Origin: Amoebidium appalachense
Lineage: Eukaryota; Protista; Ichthyosporea
Length of the DNA stretch: 64,000 bases
Assembly: GCA_963693365.1 (NCBI GenBank)
Contig: CAVNZM010000012.1
Location: 2,480,001-2,544,000 of the forward strand
Direction: 5' to 3'
Shown: positions 46,252-62,085 of the stretch, one piece after another
How the letters are laid out: each line of letters starts with the position of its first letter
Numbering within the stretch: position 1 is the stretch's first letter
The notes under the pieces: model-generated
What the model saw: the letters and a program-made list of their open reading frames with translations, nothing else
Databases searched by the model: none
Told to the model about the DNA's origin: nothing
Translations under genes and position numbers: made by a program

Positions 46252-46924
46252 CCCCCCCCCCCCCCCCCCCTTCCCCCGTCCCTCCCCTCCTCCCAGCCCC
46301 ATCCAAGCACAGGGGATCTCTCAAATAGGAAGTTTTGCACTGATGCCATTGCTGCTACATTTGTGATCATGTGAGGGGTCCCTGGTTTGGTGGTCACTAG
46401 GTTTTTTCCGGAGTGTTAGCATGATAAAATATGATACTTACAACGGCTTCACTTGCCGTTGTTTTTCATAATTTTTCGGCAGTAACGAAAAGTCGCCTGG
46501 TTTTCCCCCTTACACCCCCCTCCCCTCTTCCCCCCCCACCCCCCCCCCCCCCTCCCCCCCCCCCCCTACCCCCACCCCCCAGTCGCACTGCAGTGGGGCG
46601 GAGGAGGAGGGGGGAGGGGGGGAGGGGGGGGGGGGGGAGTTCATGCAACTGCCGAGCATATCCACTAACACTTTCAGCATAGAACAGTTTTCAAAAGAAA
46701 TAGGTACTACAACTGTTCCCCTACCTGAATCATCTGAGAAAGCCAGAAGTTCATATCGTACAAGGCTAAGATGTAGTGCAAAATTATCCACGGTGTAAGA
46801 ATTTCTTGTGCCCCCCCCCTCCCCCCCCCCCCCCCCCCCCCCCCCTTCCCCTTCCCCCGTCCGGATCCCCACCTTGAAAACTTGGAACACACACACACGC
46901 GCGCACGCGTACATTCACACTGTG

Positions 46925-46987
<63 letters not shown>

Positions 46988-47014
46988 CGCACACACGCAC
47001 ACACGGACACACAG

Positions 47015-47100
<86 letters not shown>

Positions 47101-47879
47101 GCTACATCTAAGCCGCTGCGAAGGGTTTGGAAAAGCAGAAAACTCACGCACTTGGAAAGTTTGACTGTTCGATATTTGCTCCCAAAAGGCTATTTTTGGA
47201 CCGTGATCACGATTTTTGTTGTGTGATGACATTCCAAACATTTCCAGCCTAAATCGCGACACAACTGTGAAAAGTTGTGAAAACTCTCCTTTTGCACAGC
47301 CTTGGCCAAAGGCTACGAGAGTCCTTGTTTCAAACCTTAATGAATAATAAACAGCTTGCCAAAGCATTTGATTATTTTCCGTAAACCGCATCTTGTGCTT
47401 TTGCCGCGTGACTGGCAAGACCATATCAGACTAAATGAGTACTGTACGTACATACGTGCAGCTGTGAATCGGCGAAGATAAAAAAAATGAAATAATTGCA
47501 CACCCAATCAGGTCGCAGCATCCCCATGTCGTAGTGCCAGTGTACGTGTACGATCGTTTTTAGCATTTATTTTTTTAGCATTACGTAGTTAGTGCGTGCA
47601 GCGAGCTAGTTGATGTTGTACGCATGAAAAGTGTGTTCTGGACCAATATAGCCTACGTACAGACGTATGCCGGGATAATCATTTATTAGTTTATGACTAT
47701 ACATATTTTTTTTAAAACAACAAACAAATGGCACGTAGTTGTTACTTGTTTGGTAAATTGATGGCAGCACAGCTCAGAATTGAAGTAACATCCATATCGA
47801 TTGCTCATGATTATTAGCAGCCTTACACTCTAGTACTGACTGACGGTCTGCCAGACCGTGACGGGACACAGTACGGCAT

Positions 47880-47933
<54 letters not shown>

Positions 47934-47941
47934 CCCCCCCC

Positions 47942-47972
<31 letters not shown>

Positions 47973-49304
47973 GTACACCACCCCACCATACACAGTCACA
48001 CGTACACCACCCCACCCACCACGACCACGTAGAACCACCACCACCACTGTAAGGTAAATTAGTACTAACATAGCCACCACGACCCACGACCCACCCACCC
48101 ACCCACCCACCCACCCACCCACCATCATTCTCAATTATCACAGCCGTGCATCATGCATTTGCCGCTTCGTACATATATAGGTCACCGATAGATCGATGCA
48201 TGGCCTATTGGCCATGCTGGTGCCACCCTGCCATTGCAACACAATAAACCGAGCTCCCAAAGAGCTACCAATGGCGGCTGGCTTTATTTATTTAGCCTTG
48301 TCGGCATGTGAAAGCCAAATCGAATAAAAACGGTGTTTTGACAGTCCGGATCCGATGAACGGGTCGGATCCGGTCGATAACATAATACATTATGACACCA
48401 TTCATACCTTGTTATAACGATATTCCTACCTTTTCAGTTGTTTTATAACAACATTTTTTCTGTATGCATGTCTGCAGACTGAGTGACATTATATCGTGTC
48501 TGCAACTCACATGATATGGGCTTTAAAAGGATTTAGACATATCATATTAAAAAACACTCATTCTACCGACGTGTGGTAATACGTGACTGATCATTAAATT
48601 CTTTCCAAAAGAAACTGAACTACCGAATTAATAGCTGGGTGGTGGCCATGGTTGTGCATGTGTGACTCGGAGCGTGTGTGCATGTTTGGGTGTGTGCGGG
48701 TGTGTGGGTGTGTGTGCGTGTGGGTGTGTGTGTGTGCGTGCGTATGAGTGAGTGAGTGCGTGAGTGCGTGAGTGAGTGAGTGAGTCTGTGGGTGAGTGGG
48801 TGGGTGTATGTGTGTGCGTGCGTGTGTGTCACAGTGCGTGTGCACACTCACACCATGCCATGCTATCTATTATATATTATGATCGTGTGGCACAGTGCAT
48901 GGCATATGTAACTATATTACATTGAGCATGTATACGGTACCAATATTCAAATAGCCTGTGTGAATGTGCACGAACTGAAGAGAGCATGTATATAATGAAA
49001 TATTTTGATAGAAGCTTGCGGTTTCTTATAGTTCAGCTTGTACACACCTTTATGCATCATATTCAGAAACAGGTATGGAACGCTCGTGTATTACCGGACG
49101 AGCACAAATGGTAAGCTCAGGTTGAGAAACACCATTGCACATTTTGATTGGAAGTTTGAAAGGAGGCGAAAGTAGCGCAAACGTCAAGAGAATCACTGGT
49201 TTTTGTGGTTTGTTGATGCTGGATGACAGCGGGGGCGACGGTGGTGTGTGCGTGTGTGTGTAATGCATGTGCTTGTGTGTGTGTGTGTGTGAGGGGGGGG
49301 GGGG

Positions 49305-49382
<78 letters not shown>

Positions 49383-49431
49383 AACGTGTAGAGGTGCACC
49401 AACAAACAGCTGTTCAGAGAGTGTACTCCTG

Positions 49432-49573
49432 TCAGGGTGAATCTCCAACCCGTTTCCCGTTGATGTCCCGAAGTATACGACCGTGCATGTCCTGTTGCAT
49501 TTTTGTTTATTAGCACACCCACGTAAAAGACTCCCCCCCCCCCCCCGCCCCCCGGGACCCCCGATTCCCCCCA

Positions 49574-49608
<35 letters not shown>

Positions 49609-51481
49609 CGCCCCCTGGGGGGGACCTTGGAGCCAATTCCTGGAGCCTCAAGCAGAGGTGTCACACAGGGCAGAGTGTCGAAGAAAAAACACACATGCAT
49701 GCGGTGAAAAAGGCAGAGCACTATGCAGTCACAAAGAGACGAACACAATGAATTGGCAGAAAAGAGTCACCTTCCAAATATATCTATGAAGCGAAAATGG
49801 GTACATATTAGATACGGTACACAGACGCACACATTTTTGGCAAACATACAAACCCCCCCCCCCCCCCCCTCGCCCTCCCCTCACACACACACACACGTGC
49901 ACACACCCACATCCACCCACGCAAGCACCCACCCATCCACCCACACCCACCCTCCCTTCCATCCATCCCCCCCCTCCCCCCTCCCCCTCCCCAGCCTCTC
50001 CCCCCCCCCCCCCCCCCTACACACACACACACACTGACACCCAAACACCCACACACACACACACACACCTGCCAGTGTTCCGGATGGGCCACAAGAACAG
50101 CCGTCACATCCACCGTGCCTTTGTACTTGCCTGCACGGGTCAACTGTGTGTGCGTACGTGTTAGCGCATGCACATGCACACCCATGCGTGTACGTGTACA
50201 AGTGTGTGCCAAAGGATGTTCTCGTGTGTGTGCGTGTGTGCTCAAGCATCCCAGTTAGATACGGTGTGTGCAGGTGTGTCTGTACATTTTTTGTGGTTGT
50301 TTCTCTATTAATGCAGTGTATGCTGTGAAATCACAGTGACTGGTGAGGCACAAAGGAAGGAAGAGAACGAATGTGTGTGGGTGTGGGTGTGTGTGTGCTC
50401 GTGAGTGTGTGGGTGCACTTATATAAGGGTGTGTGTGTGCTCGTGATTGTGTGGGTGCACTTATATAAGGGTGTGTGTGTGCATGCAGAGGCCGGGAAAG
50501 GGAGGGGGGAAGGGGGGGGGGGGGGGGGGGGGGGGGGTTAGGCGCCAACCTCCAGAAAGTCCGTCCTAGTCTATATCGCGACCTTCCTGAATCATACTTA
50601 GCTAACCATGTGTTTGCTGGTTTTCAAAGTGGATTTACGTCACAACACCTCCTATCTAACTAAGCTTAAAGAACATAGATAAATGTCGACGTCAGATGTG
50701 ACGGAAAAAATAGTCTGAAGATGAGCTTGGTAAGCAGGGTTAGAACAATCTGAGACGTATGATCATCAGGGGGCCATAAAGAATACAGCCCATGGTATAT
50801 GCAATATTCTTGCTGATAAGAAAAAATCACTACTTGCACTTAAAGGGGGTTTCTTTAAGACTTTCGGGCCGGGTCGGGTCAGAGGCGATTTTAGCTTTAT
50901 GATTGGCGTGCTGCGCATCAGCTGCACACCATTATTGTGCCGGCAGCAAGGTACAGATGCGCCATAATACAACAAAAAAGAAAAGAAAAGAGAAAAAAAA
51001 GAAATTAAGACGGGAAGAACAATAATAAAGCGTTTGGAAGAAGACTGCAGTTCACATCATGATTTATATGCTGAGCAAATGGCTTGACCCGGATGTGCTG
51101 GAATGGGGACAATTAATTGGCCTAAAAGAAACCCCCTTAAACGAATTACGAATAAGACAGAAGGCCTCACCTGGCACGTGATCGTTGCTGGCTGGCCAAT
51201 GCTCTTGACCAGTCCATCCATCGGCAGGACAAACTGGGCATGGGGCATGGTGTTAGTACCAAAGTAGGTGGGTAATGAGAGAGAGAAAGGGGGGGGGAAG
51301 GAGGGGGTTTTTTTTTGGGGGGGGGGGGGGGGGGGGGGTGGGGCGGGGGGGATTGCACGTTAGAACCAACCGCAACACCTTGCTCCTGTGATGGATCATG
51401 TAAAGGGGAAGCATGCGGCCGTGTGGGAAGGAGGAAGGGATATGAAAATGAACCTGGCCGTCCCCTGGAGAGAGAGAGAGA

Positions 51482-51517
<36 letters not shown>

Positions 51518-52610
51518 GGTTCATTTGAACGCTTTGAGCATGTCAATAGCAATAGTGTTAACTGTGTAGACCGTTTGTAGAACCGACTCAGGTGTAAAAA
51601 AAGGTCGAAGAAAAACGTACTGGGCATGTGCCTCAGATTACACAGGGTGCATGTGTGGGTGTGTGGCAAATGTGTGTTTGTGTCCGTTACGTGTATATAT
51701 ACATATGTGTTTACACGTGTATGCGTGTGTGGACATACACATGTATATATACATGTGTTTACACGTGTATGCGTGTGTGTACATACACATGTATATATAC
51801 ATATCTGTTTACACGTGTATGCGTGTGCGGACATACACATGTATATATACATATGTGTTTACACGTGTATGCGTGTGCGGACATACACATGTACATATAC
51901 ATATGTGTTTACACGTGTATGCGTGTGTGTACATACACATGTATATATACATGTGTTTACACGTGTATGCGTGTGTGTACATACACATGTATATATACAT
52001 ATGTGTTTACACGTGTATGCGTGTGTGGACATACACATGTACGTGTACAGTGTGTGTAGTAACACAACGGAGTTGCAGGGGGAGGAGAGGGAGAGGGTGT
52101 GAGGGGGAATAGGTGATGTATAGTACTGAACGGAGATAGAGAGCCTTAGACTCGGGGGGGAGGGGGGGTGGGGTTGGGGAGAGGGGTGGCGGGGGGGGGG
52201 GGGGGGGGCACCTGGCCTATGGGTGTCTCTCTTGCGAGGGAATCCACACAGGTGAGCAGACACAGGGCATGGCGGTGGGCCAGGCTGGATGCCCATTGGA
52301 CAGCCACACACTCAATGGACGGTAGGTCACTGTACGTCCATTCTCCGGCCTGTGCTCCATACTGCAAAGGCACCTTTTTCGTGCTGTGTGTGTTTGGGGG
52401 GGGGGGGGGGGGGGGAGGGGGAGGGGAGAGGGGGGAGAATAGGGAGGAGGAGGGGGAGGGGATTGTGCGTGTGGGAAGGAAAGCACGGGGGCGTTGAGTG
52501 TGTGTGTGATGGGAAGGTGGTGGTGGTGGTGGTGGTGGTGGTGGGGGGGGGGGGGGGAGAATGATTGGGGAAGGGTGGGGGGTTGTGTGTATGTGTGGGG
52601 GGGAGAGGGG

Positions 52611-52659
<49 letters not shown>

Positions 52660-53356
52660 CATGTGTGTGTGTGTGTGTGTGTGTGTGTGCTTGGGGGGAG
52701 GGGGGGGGAGGGGGTAGTGTATGTGTGCATGGAGGGAAAGGCGTTGTGTGTGTGTTCGGCGGCCGGGGGGAGGGGGGGGGGAGGGGCGCTGTACATGTGT
52801 GAGTGAGGAGGGGAGGGGTGGAGGGGGTTGTGTGTGTGTGTGTGTGCGTGCGCGTGTGCGTGCGTGCGTGCGTGTGTGTGTGTATTCAGATGCATTTGTG
52901 TTCGGTGTCCGTGTAGGTGTGCATAAGCGGATGCACACCCATTGTGCATGGGTGTTCATGTGCGCGTGCACAAGTGAGTGAGCGAGTGAGAGACTTAGTC
53001 CCCGTATGTGACCAGGTGTGTGGTTGTGTGTGCATGTATGTACACGAGAACATGTATGCATGTGCATCTGTGCGCCGGTTGCGTGAGTAATAGTTCTTCA
53101 ACAATTCTGTAAGCATGTGTGTGTGCGTGTGCCCATGTCTATATGCACGTATACACATGTCCAATCTGACATAAACCCACATACAAACGTAACCTGTGGG
53201 TGTGCACATGCGCATGAATGTGTCGTATGCTCTACATCAACTAAATACCGGTTGACATGTGCTCGTTCTCATATACGCAAGAGAAGGGTGGGTGGTGATG
53301 GTGGTGGTGGTGGGGTGGTAGTGGTGGTGGCGGTTTCTTTTCTTTCTTTCTTTTTT

Positions 53357-53387
<31 letters not shown>

Positions 53388-54081
53388 GAGAGGGGGGGGG
53401 GGGGGGGGGGGGGGGGAGGTGGGGAGGTTGGGGGTAAGGCAGGAGAAGGGGCAGAAAAGGGAGCACTCACGGGTAAGCCTTTGTCTTTCGGAACAATTGT
53501 AGAGCCATAAACCTGCCCAGAAGGTAGCGGGGGGAGCCATTGACGGGGGGGCTTTGGGGGGACTGTGCAGGCCCACATGTGGCTGGCTGCAAACAAAGTG
53601 CATTTTGAGCCACCGAATGCAAGCAGAAACGTTAAACGTGTGTATTACGCATAATCACGGGGAAAACCAGGGCTTGTTTTGCATATTTGAAAACGAACTT
53701 AGGTCGTGCTTCATTTAGTTATAGACATTGGACATGTGGTGGTTCACTTACGATATGGATAGACAAACCTCTGCGTGTTTTCGTTTCGTTTTTGTGGCGG
53801 AAAGTGATCCCATCCCCCCCCCCCCCCCCCCCCCCCCCACCTTAGCAAAAAAAAAAAGAAAAAAAAACAACTACAAAGCCTCTCCCTTTCCCTTGTCTCC
53901 CTCAGCTGTCTCTCGTATGCTTCATGCTTACTCTATTCTTGTATGTATAACACATACTCGAACATCCCCTCCTCCCCCTCCCCTTTCCCCCCTTCACATA
54001 CACACACACACACGCATGCACCCCAGACACATGCACACACACACACACCCATGCACGTGCATTTGCACGCACACACACACA

Positions 54082-54116
<35 letters not shown>

Positions 54117-54210
54117 CCGCGTACCTGCAGCCGTACCGACACAGGCACATGCCGCCGCGCACACACACACACATGCACACACACACAAACACGCACACGA
54201 GCGCGCACAT

Positions 54211-54308
<98 letters not shown>

Positions 54309-54503
54309 ACACACGTACACACACGTACATTGCTCTGTTGGCTGCTAAGGATAGGCATGGATCGTGGTGGTTCGAGTCGGGGTGGTGACCCTGCAAGTTG
54401 TTCCGGTCCATCTGTTTTGAACCGTCCCATTGGTTAAATATCAGGGGTTACCTGATGATCGTTTCTTTTGGATCCAGTTGCACACACCCCCCCCCCCCCC
54501 CTC

Positions 54504-54537
<34 letters not shown>

Positions 54538-56260
54538 AAAAAGGAGGAAAAACAAGCAAGCGCGAAGCAGTGAACAAAACAGAACAATCTCCTCCCCGGA
54601 ATAATACAGTGCATGCGGTGCACGTTGAATACATCTTTGCAGTCAAGGAAATGGCTGGTAGAAGATGTACGTGTGTGTGTGTGTGTGTGTGTAGTGTGCA
54701 CGCGTGTACACGAATGTGTGTCCACGCGTATGTGTGCATGCCCGTCTGCGTGTGTATGTGCATGTGTCTGTGTGTTGGTGTACGTGTTTAAACACATTGT
54801 CTCTGCACTTACATCTTGCACAGGAGAGGGGAGAAAGGAGATATGTGCCTGTGTTTGTGTGCCAAGGGTACGCGCGGGGTGTTTAAAGAGGGGGAGGGGG
54901 CTGGTGTGTGTATGTGTGTGTGTGTGTGTTGGGGGGGGGGGGGGGAGGGGGGGGGGGAGGGGGGTGCTGACCACGGGAGCTTGAATGTGGACACACGCTG
55001 CCTGGAACGGAAAGCAGTGGCAGAACCCCAAGGGTGTGTCTGTGTTGGGTATGAGTATGGCACATGCCCCCCCCCCCCCCCCCCCCCTTTGCCCCCCCCC
55101 CCTCCCCTTCCGCTCACTTTCCCTTCTTCCTCTCACTCAACCTTCCATCCTTTGTCACCCACACCCCCGTGTCTGCACACACACTAAACAAACAACCCCC
55201 GACCCAAGGATCTATGCACACGAACACACCCCAATTTATCCCTATCCCACATACACCAATACACAGACACAAGCCACCAACAAAACGTGTTGAACTAGCC
55301 CCATTTGCATCGGCTTGCCACAACATCATGCAGCAACTTATGTGCGCTATCTCCCCCCCCCCCTCCCCCCCACCCCCTCTCTGCCCACACACCTACCACA
55401 CACACGCGCCCACACACGCACACACGCACACACACACGAACCACACACATACAGAGCACACACGCAGGTACGCAGGCACGCATGCACACGCAGAAAAGCA
55501 AACCGCTATCACTTCCTAACCACCTGCCACACACACACACACACACAGCTACCACACAACCTCCGAACCCCCCCCCCCCCCCCCCTCTCCCACACTCTCT
55601 CTCTCTCCCCCCCCCCCCCCCCCCCCCCGCCCCCCCTCCCCCCCCTCCCCCTTTCCTTCTCCCCCCATACACACAAATTAAGCACATACTCAGAACACGT
55701 TGCCTGCTGACTAGGCCTCCTTCTCTTTTTTTTAGTCACCAACTGTCTCACGGTCATGTGCACAATGTCAAGCGTCAACATCACACCGGGTGCCCCATCC
55801 TCCACGTTTTGTGGAAGTGTGTTGAGGGCAAGGGTGAACGTAGCATTGACTGGTTTGTGGTCGCTGGTGGTGTAGCTTGGCATGGAGTTGTAGGAGTCCT
55901 GGGTGTGAGTGTGGGTGTTAAATAGTTATTTTATTTATTCGATATTTTTCTAAAGCTGCATTAGAAGTGAAAGAGAGAGTGTGAGTGAGCTTGTCAATGT
56001 GTGTTATGTTGTGTGAATGTGTAGCTATGCGTGTGTGCACACGTGTGTGTGGGTTTCCATGCGTTTGTGTTCCTGCTCGTCTGTGACTGTGTGCACGGGT
56101 GGGTACAGGTGCAGGCTCAACTGTCTTTACGAACCCTCCTGCTGAAAACACACATCCCACTCCCCCCCCTCCCCCTTCCCCTTGTTGTTGCACAAATCAT
56201 TCATCAAGCGTGCATATGGCAAGCTAACGGTAAGCGAACAAGGGTGAGGCCCCTAACCCA

Positions 56261-56299
<39 letters not shown>

Positions 56300-56651
56300 A
56301 CACCCACACACATACCCTTTCCCCTCCACTCAAACACACAAAAAAAGACCGTTCTTTTTACCCCTGCACCCTCTCTCCCACTCTCTTATAATTGGGTCTA
56401 AGCCTAACTCTCCAAAACACCAACTACAAGCCCAAATCAATCAAGTCTCGCCTCTCTTCTCCCCTGTTCGTGTATATACCTCCCATCCGCTGGGGCATTC
56501 ACACTAGCACATAGATTTATTCTTACTCCCCCCCCCCCCCCCCCCCCCTCCCCTCCCTTCCTTGTGAGCCTTTATAACAAAGGCTAAAAAGGTATTCGAT
56601 CCTTTCAGTCAAGAAAGTGTTTTTTTTTTCTTTTTCTTTTTCTTTTTTTTT

Positions 56652-56695
<44 letters not shown>

Positions 56696-56943
56696 GACAA
56701 CATCACAACCCACATGTCAATACAGTGGGCGGTGTGGAGTACTAAAGTTAGAGCACGGAGGGGGAGGGAAGGGGGAGGGAGACGGAAGGGAGGGATGGGG
56801 AGGGAGGGGGGGGGGGGGACGGAGAAGGGGCGGCACATACTTGCTGCACAAAGTTGACAAGGCCTGGGAGGGTGTGCCATAGCACCCGGTCACAGTATGA
56901 AGGCACTCTCTGGAATGAGGAGGGGGGGGGGGAGGGGGGGGGG

Positions 56944-57037
<94 letters not shown>

Positions 57038-57049
57038 TGGAGAGAGAGC

Positions 57050-57082
<33 letters not shown>

Positions 57083-57424
57083 AAGAGAGAGAAAGAGAGC
57101 GAGAGAGAGAGATACGGTAGTGTGTGTTTGGATTCATATTTGCTTTTTGGGGGCGGGGGGGGGGGGGGGGGGGAGGGGGGGGGGGGGGGGGTTAGAATGC
57201 GTTGCAATAGTATAGAGGTACATGTTCCTCACGACCCTGAGCAACACACGACAGGTATTAGGTGGGTGGGTTGGCGGGTGGATGGGGGGGGGGGGGGGGG
57301 GGGGGGGAGGGCGACACAGAGTTTATCTTGACAGTGACGTTGAATAAATGAAGAGACTATGCCCGTGGATCATACACAGGGTCCGTTTTTTTTTTTTTTT
57401 TTTTTTCTTTTCTTTTTTTTGTAT

Positions 57425-57471
<47 letters not shown>

Positions 57472-57602
57472 GGTGCAACCTGGGTCATGTAAGCATTGCC
57501 GGGGATGTCCCGTGTGACCTTGAATGTGGGCATAAACGTGATGGGCCCTGCAGCAACCAGCTAATCAGATTCCTCCCAACACCCTGCAACCTCCTTCTCC
57601 CC

Positions 57603-57634
<32 letters not shown>

Positions 57635-57698
57635 TTCCCCTCCCCACCCAACTCCCCCTCCTCCCCCTCTCCTCCATCCCCCTTTCTCCTTCCCCCCC

Positions 57699-57739
<41 letters not shown>

Positions 57740-58958
57740 TCTCTCCCCGGGTCCCCTTTATCACAGAACACGATCAACCACGACGGCCTTCTAGAACAAG
57801 GGGAAAAAAACAACAAAAAACAAAAAAAAAAACTGGAAACAAAAACAACATACATCTACATAACGTAATAACATTACCTCATTATTCTTGTCATTGATGC
57901 ATATGAGCAGGCTTGCGTGATTGCTTATGCCCCCATAATTCTTTTCTTTGCAGCCTCGTCCCTCAAAGTATAAAATGCCCTATATTATGTTGAGAAGGTG
58001 ATGCACGTTCAACAACTACGGAACAAATGTTCTGAGGTTACCGTTATTTTTTTTTACATGTTTTGTGTGCTGCTGGAAGGAAGGCGAGGGGGAGGGGGGG
58101 GAGAAGGGGGGAAGGGGGGATGAGGAGGAGGGGGGAGGGGGGAGGGAGGGAGAGAGGGGGGAAGGGAGAGGGGGGGGTCAGGAGGATGGTGAGGAGGAGG
58201 AGAGGGGGGGGGGGGGGGGGGAGGGAGGGAGGACACCTTCATGGAATCCCGCAAATGCACGGCCTGCTCTCATCTCGTGGCCAAGCTCATCATTCTGCAC
58301 CAAAAAGGAAAATGGGTATCTTTAAGGTGAACTTCATAAAGCTATTCATTTGGATCTGGAAACATCAATGAGAGTATAGATGTCGCAGCCAGTAATGGAA
58401 AATCTATCCACCTTATGGCTTTGAGTACGATGCAGTTCTTGGAGGGGAGGAAAGAAGAGAAACATGCAGGGTAGAAAGGAGGGAGGGAGGGAGGGAGGGG
58501 TGGGGGAGGGGTGGGGGGGGGGGGGGGGGGGGGGGGGGAAGGGGCGGAAGTGAGGGGGGATTGGTTCAAGTTGGAGTATTGGATGGATGGATGGATGGAT
58601 GGATGGATGGGGAGCGGGAGGGAGAGAGGGAGGGAGGGAGGCAGGGAGGGAGGCAGGGAGGGAGGGAGGGAGGGAGGGAGGCAGGCAGGGAGGGAGGGAG
58701 GGAGGGAGGCAGGCAGGCAGGTAGGGAGGGAGGGAGAGAGGCAGGGAGGGAGGGAGGGAGAGAGGGAGGGAGGGAGGGGGGGGGGGGGAGAGAGAGAGAG
58801 ATAGAGAGAGAGAGAGTATGTGTGTGTGTGTGTGTTTGTGTATGTGTCTATGTGTCTGTATGTGTGTGTTTTCTGTTTGTGTGTGCCTATATGACTGTGT
58901 GTGTGTGTGGGAAGTCGGGGGATGGAGTGGAGAATTGGGGGGAGGAGGGTGTGTGTGT

Positions 58959-58989
<31 letters not shown>

Positions 58990-59289
58990 GGGGGGGGGGA
59001 TATTGTGCATACCACCAGCAGGTCTTTGTATGCGTTCCTCTCCGTCAGTGCGGCTATGGCCTCCCACTTGTGCTGATGGTCCCAGGTGCTTGCCTCCGCA
59101 TGGGTAAGGCTCAGATCGAGACGGTAGTTGAGATCCCCCCTGCATTAGGTGTAAATGTTTATTGAACCCCACCCCATTCATGATTTTGACATGGAAATAT
59201 ACGACGAATCCTTTGGGAGTTGTGTTTGACTAATGCTAATGACAATCGACCAGCTCGCTCAACCAGACGTGAGAATGATATGGGCAGAG

Positions 59290-59322
<33 letters not shown>

Positions 59323-59492
59323 ATAGAAGACTGCGTATGAAATGCAAAGATTCTAGAAAGCACCTAGGTGGAGCGGATAGAAAGAGATGAAGAGACAACG
59401 AAAAGGAAACGGGCCAAAAAGCTAGCAGCTGGGGAAGGGGGGAGGCAGGGGTGGAGGGGTTGGGGTGGGGTGGGGTGGGGTGGTGTGTGTGT

Positions 59493-59540
<48 letters not shown>

Positions 59541-59964
59541 GGGTAAGAAGGTTTTCTTACAGCGCACGAAGAACTCATTCACGAACGACAACACAATGCA
59601 TATATGAAATTCTGCAAAGAAGCTGGGGGGAGGGGAGGGGGGGTCTTTACATCCAGAAGAGGTAGTCGAAGGAGTTGTAGACTTCTACGTGTCGGTGTGC
59701 CCGTGTGGTCAGACCCCGCCAGATCTCAGACAAATTGGAATTGCGCGCTAGGCGGAATTTCTCACCCTCGTGGGCTGCAAGATGGGCACTGGGGACAAGC
59801 ATCAGCCAATCAGGAATCAAGATGGGCCACATAAATAACCATTTGTGGTGATACACGTTTAAGGAATAACCATGTATGGAAACATGATTACGGACCACCA
59901 AGGCATTGGATGGTGTGGCTGGAGGTGGTAGAGAGGAACAAAAGGGGGGGGGGGGGGGGGGGGG

Positions 59965-60025
<61 letters not shown>

Positions 60026-60092
60026 GAACATAAGGCATTGACTGGGGAAGAGGAAAGGGGGGGAGGCAGGGACGGGGAGGGGGGCGCTGGGG

Positions 60093-60128
<36 letters not shown>

Positions 60129-60874
60129 ATAGGAAATCTAGTTACCAGTGGTAGCATTGCCTACAGCACCACACCAAGGGGAAAGCAGAGGTGAGAGGTC
60201 AACCGAGGAAGTCCAAAATAGGACGGAGTGACGTGAGCGAAAGAAGAAGAAAATGCATGTGTGGAGGGTGGGTGGGGAAGGGAGGGGAGGGGGGAGGGGG
60301 GGGGGGGGAGGGGGGGACGAAGGGGCAGGGAGTATGAAGGGGCGGAAACATGGAACCAAGGACACTATTTTTCTTACCCCCCTGCCCCCTGCCCCCCCCC
60401 AAAAAAAGGGTTCTGGCCATGAAAACCTGTCGCTTGCAGGCATGAGGCTGGGGGGGGGGGGGGGGGGGGGGGGTGAGGGGAGGGGGAGGGATGGGGGGGG
60501 GGGGGGAGGGGAGGGAGAAGAAAAGAAGGGGGGCGGCGGTGGTGGTGTGGGGGGAGAGGAGCGGGGTGGGTGAGTGGGTCGGGGGGGGGGGGGGGGGGAG
60601 GGGGGGAGGGGGGGGGGGGGGGGGGGGAGATATTGAGATGTGGACACATTACCAAACAAAGCACAATGTGGTGCCAGCCACACTCAGTGCTATACTGATG
60701 CCCCCCTTGTTGCCAAACACACGGCCTATGCCTGTGGCCTCGGTGGATTTGCTCGTGTTCTTGACAAGACTGTGCACACGGGTGTGCACGAGGACTGTAC
60801 GTGTGTGTGTACGTGTGTGCGTGCGCGCGCGCGCGCGTATGTGTGTGTGTGTGTGTGTGTGTGTGTACGTGTGT

Positions 60875-60953
<79 letters not shown>

Positions 60954-62046
60954 TGTGTGTGGGTGGGTGTAAAGAAGTGTGTATGCGCGCACTTGCGCGC
61001 GTAAACTTGGTGTGTGTGTGCTCACCCGCGCATTGTTCAGTTAAGGAGGGAGGGGAAGGTCAGATTGTGGCACATAGAGGATGTTGCAGAAAAGAGGCAG
61101 CACATACCCATTCCCCCCCCCCCCCCCCCCCCCCCCCCCTCCCCCGATGCTCACCTATTCTCCCTTCTGCCATCCTTCCCCCCTCTCTTCCGAAGCTACC
61201 ACCTCCCTTTGAGGATTATGCCATAACTTACAATCCAGAAAAGTAATTGCATACCCCAGCAAGCAACCTTTTCAATATCCAGACCCCCCCCTCCCCTCCC
61301 CCCCTCCCCCGGGGGGGGGGAGAGGGGGGGGGGGGGGAACTATGCCCACTTAACACAACAGAACTATCTATCACAAGAAGCATCACCACACCCACAAATA
61401 TTGAAACGAGAGAACGGGAAAAAAGAGTAATCAAAAACGAATTGAACTATTGTAATTACATGTCACAAGTGAGGCATGGGCGTTGACGATTACTTGTTTG
61501 CGTAAGTGTCTGCTTTTGTGTGTGTCTCCCTGTGTGTCTGCGCGAGCCTAAGCCTGTGCCCCTGTGCCCGTGTAGACGTCTCTGTGTGTGAGCGGGTCCG
61601 TGGTTCGAGTTCACATGCATATTCATCTCCTGCGCATGTGTGCTGGTGCATTTGTACGTGTGCCTTCGTAAGTGCTATGATATTACTTCTGTGGCACCAA
61701 AACGCACGTGTGCCCACACTTAACACGTGTGTGCCCGTGAATGCCCGTGTGTGTACGTGCATGCATGTGTGTGTACGTGTGTGCATCTGTGTGTACGTGC
61801 ATGCATGGGTGTGTACGTGCATGCATGTGTGTGGTTGCTACCTATGAGGCGCATCTCCCACAGGTCAGCCTGCTCGACCACAACATAGTTGCCGCCCATT
61901 GCTGTCTTCACCCTATCAAACCACTTTTTGCGGTAGCGCTTGTACTTCTTGTTGCTCTGTGCACAGTACCATATAGTCAACGTTCTTGTTTTCCTTGGTC
62001 TGCAATTAGTATATAGAGCTTGAACGTGCTCTTGCTTTATAATAAT

Positions 62047-62085
<39 letters not shown>

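Noticed and set aside
48346-48373. Hairpin CCGGATCCGA...TCGGATCCGG
   Set aside because: An isolated 10-bp stem with no supporting element ends or RNA-gene features.
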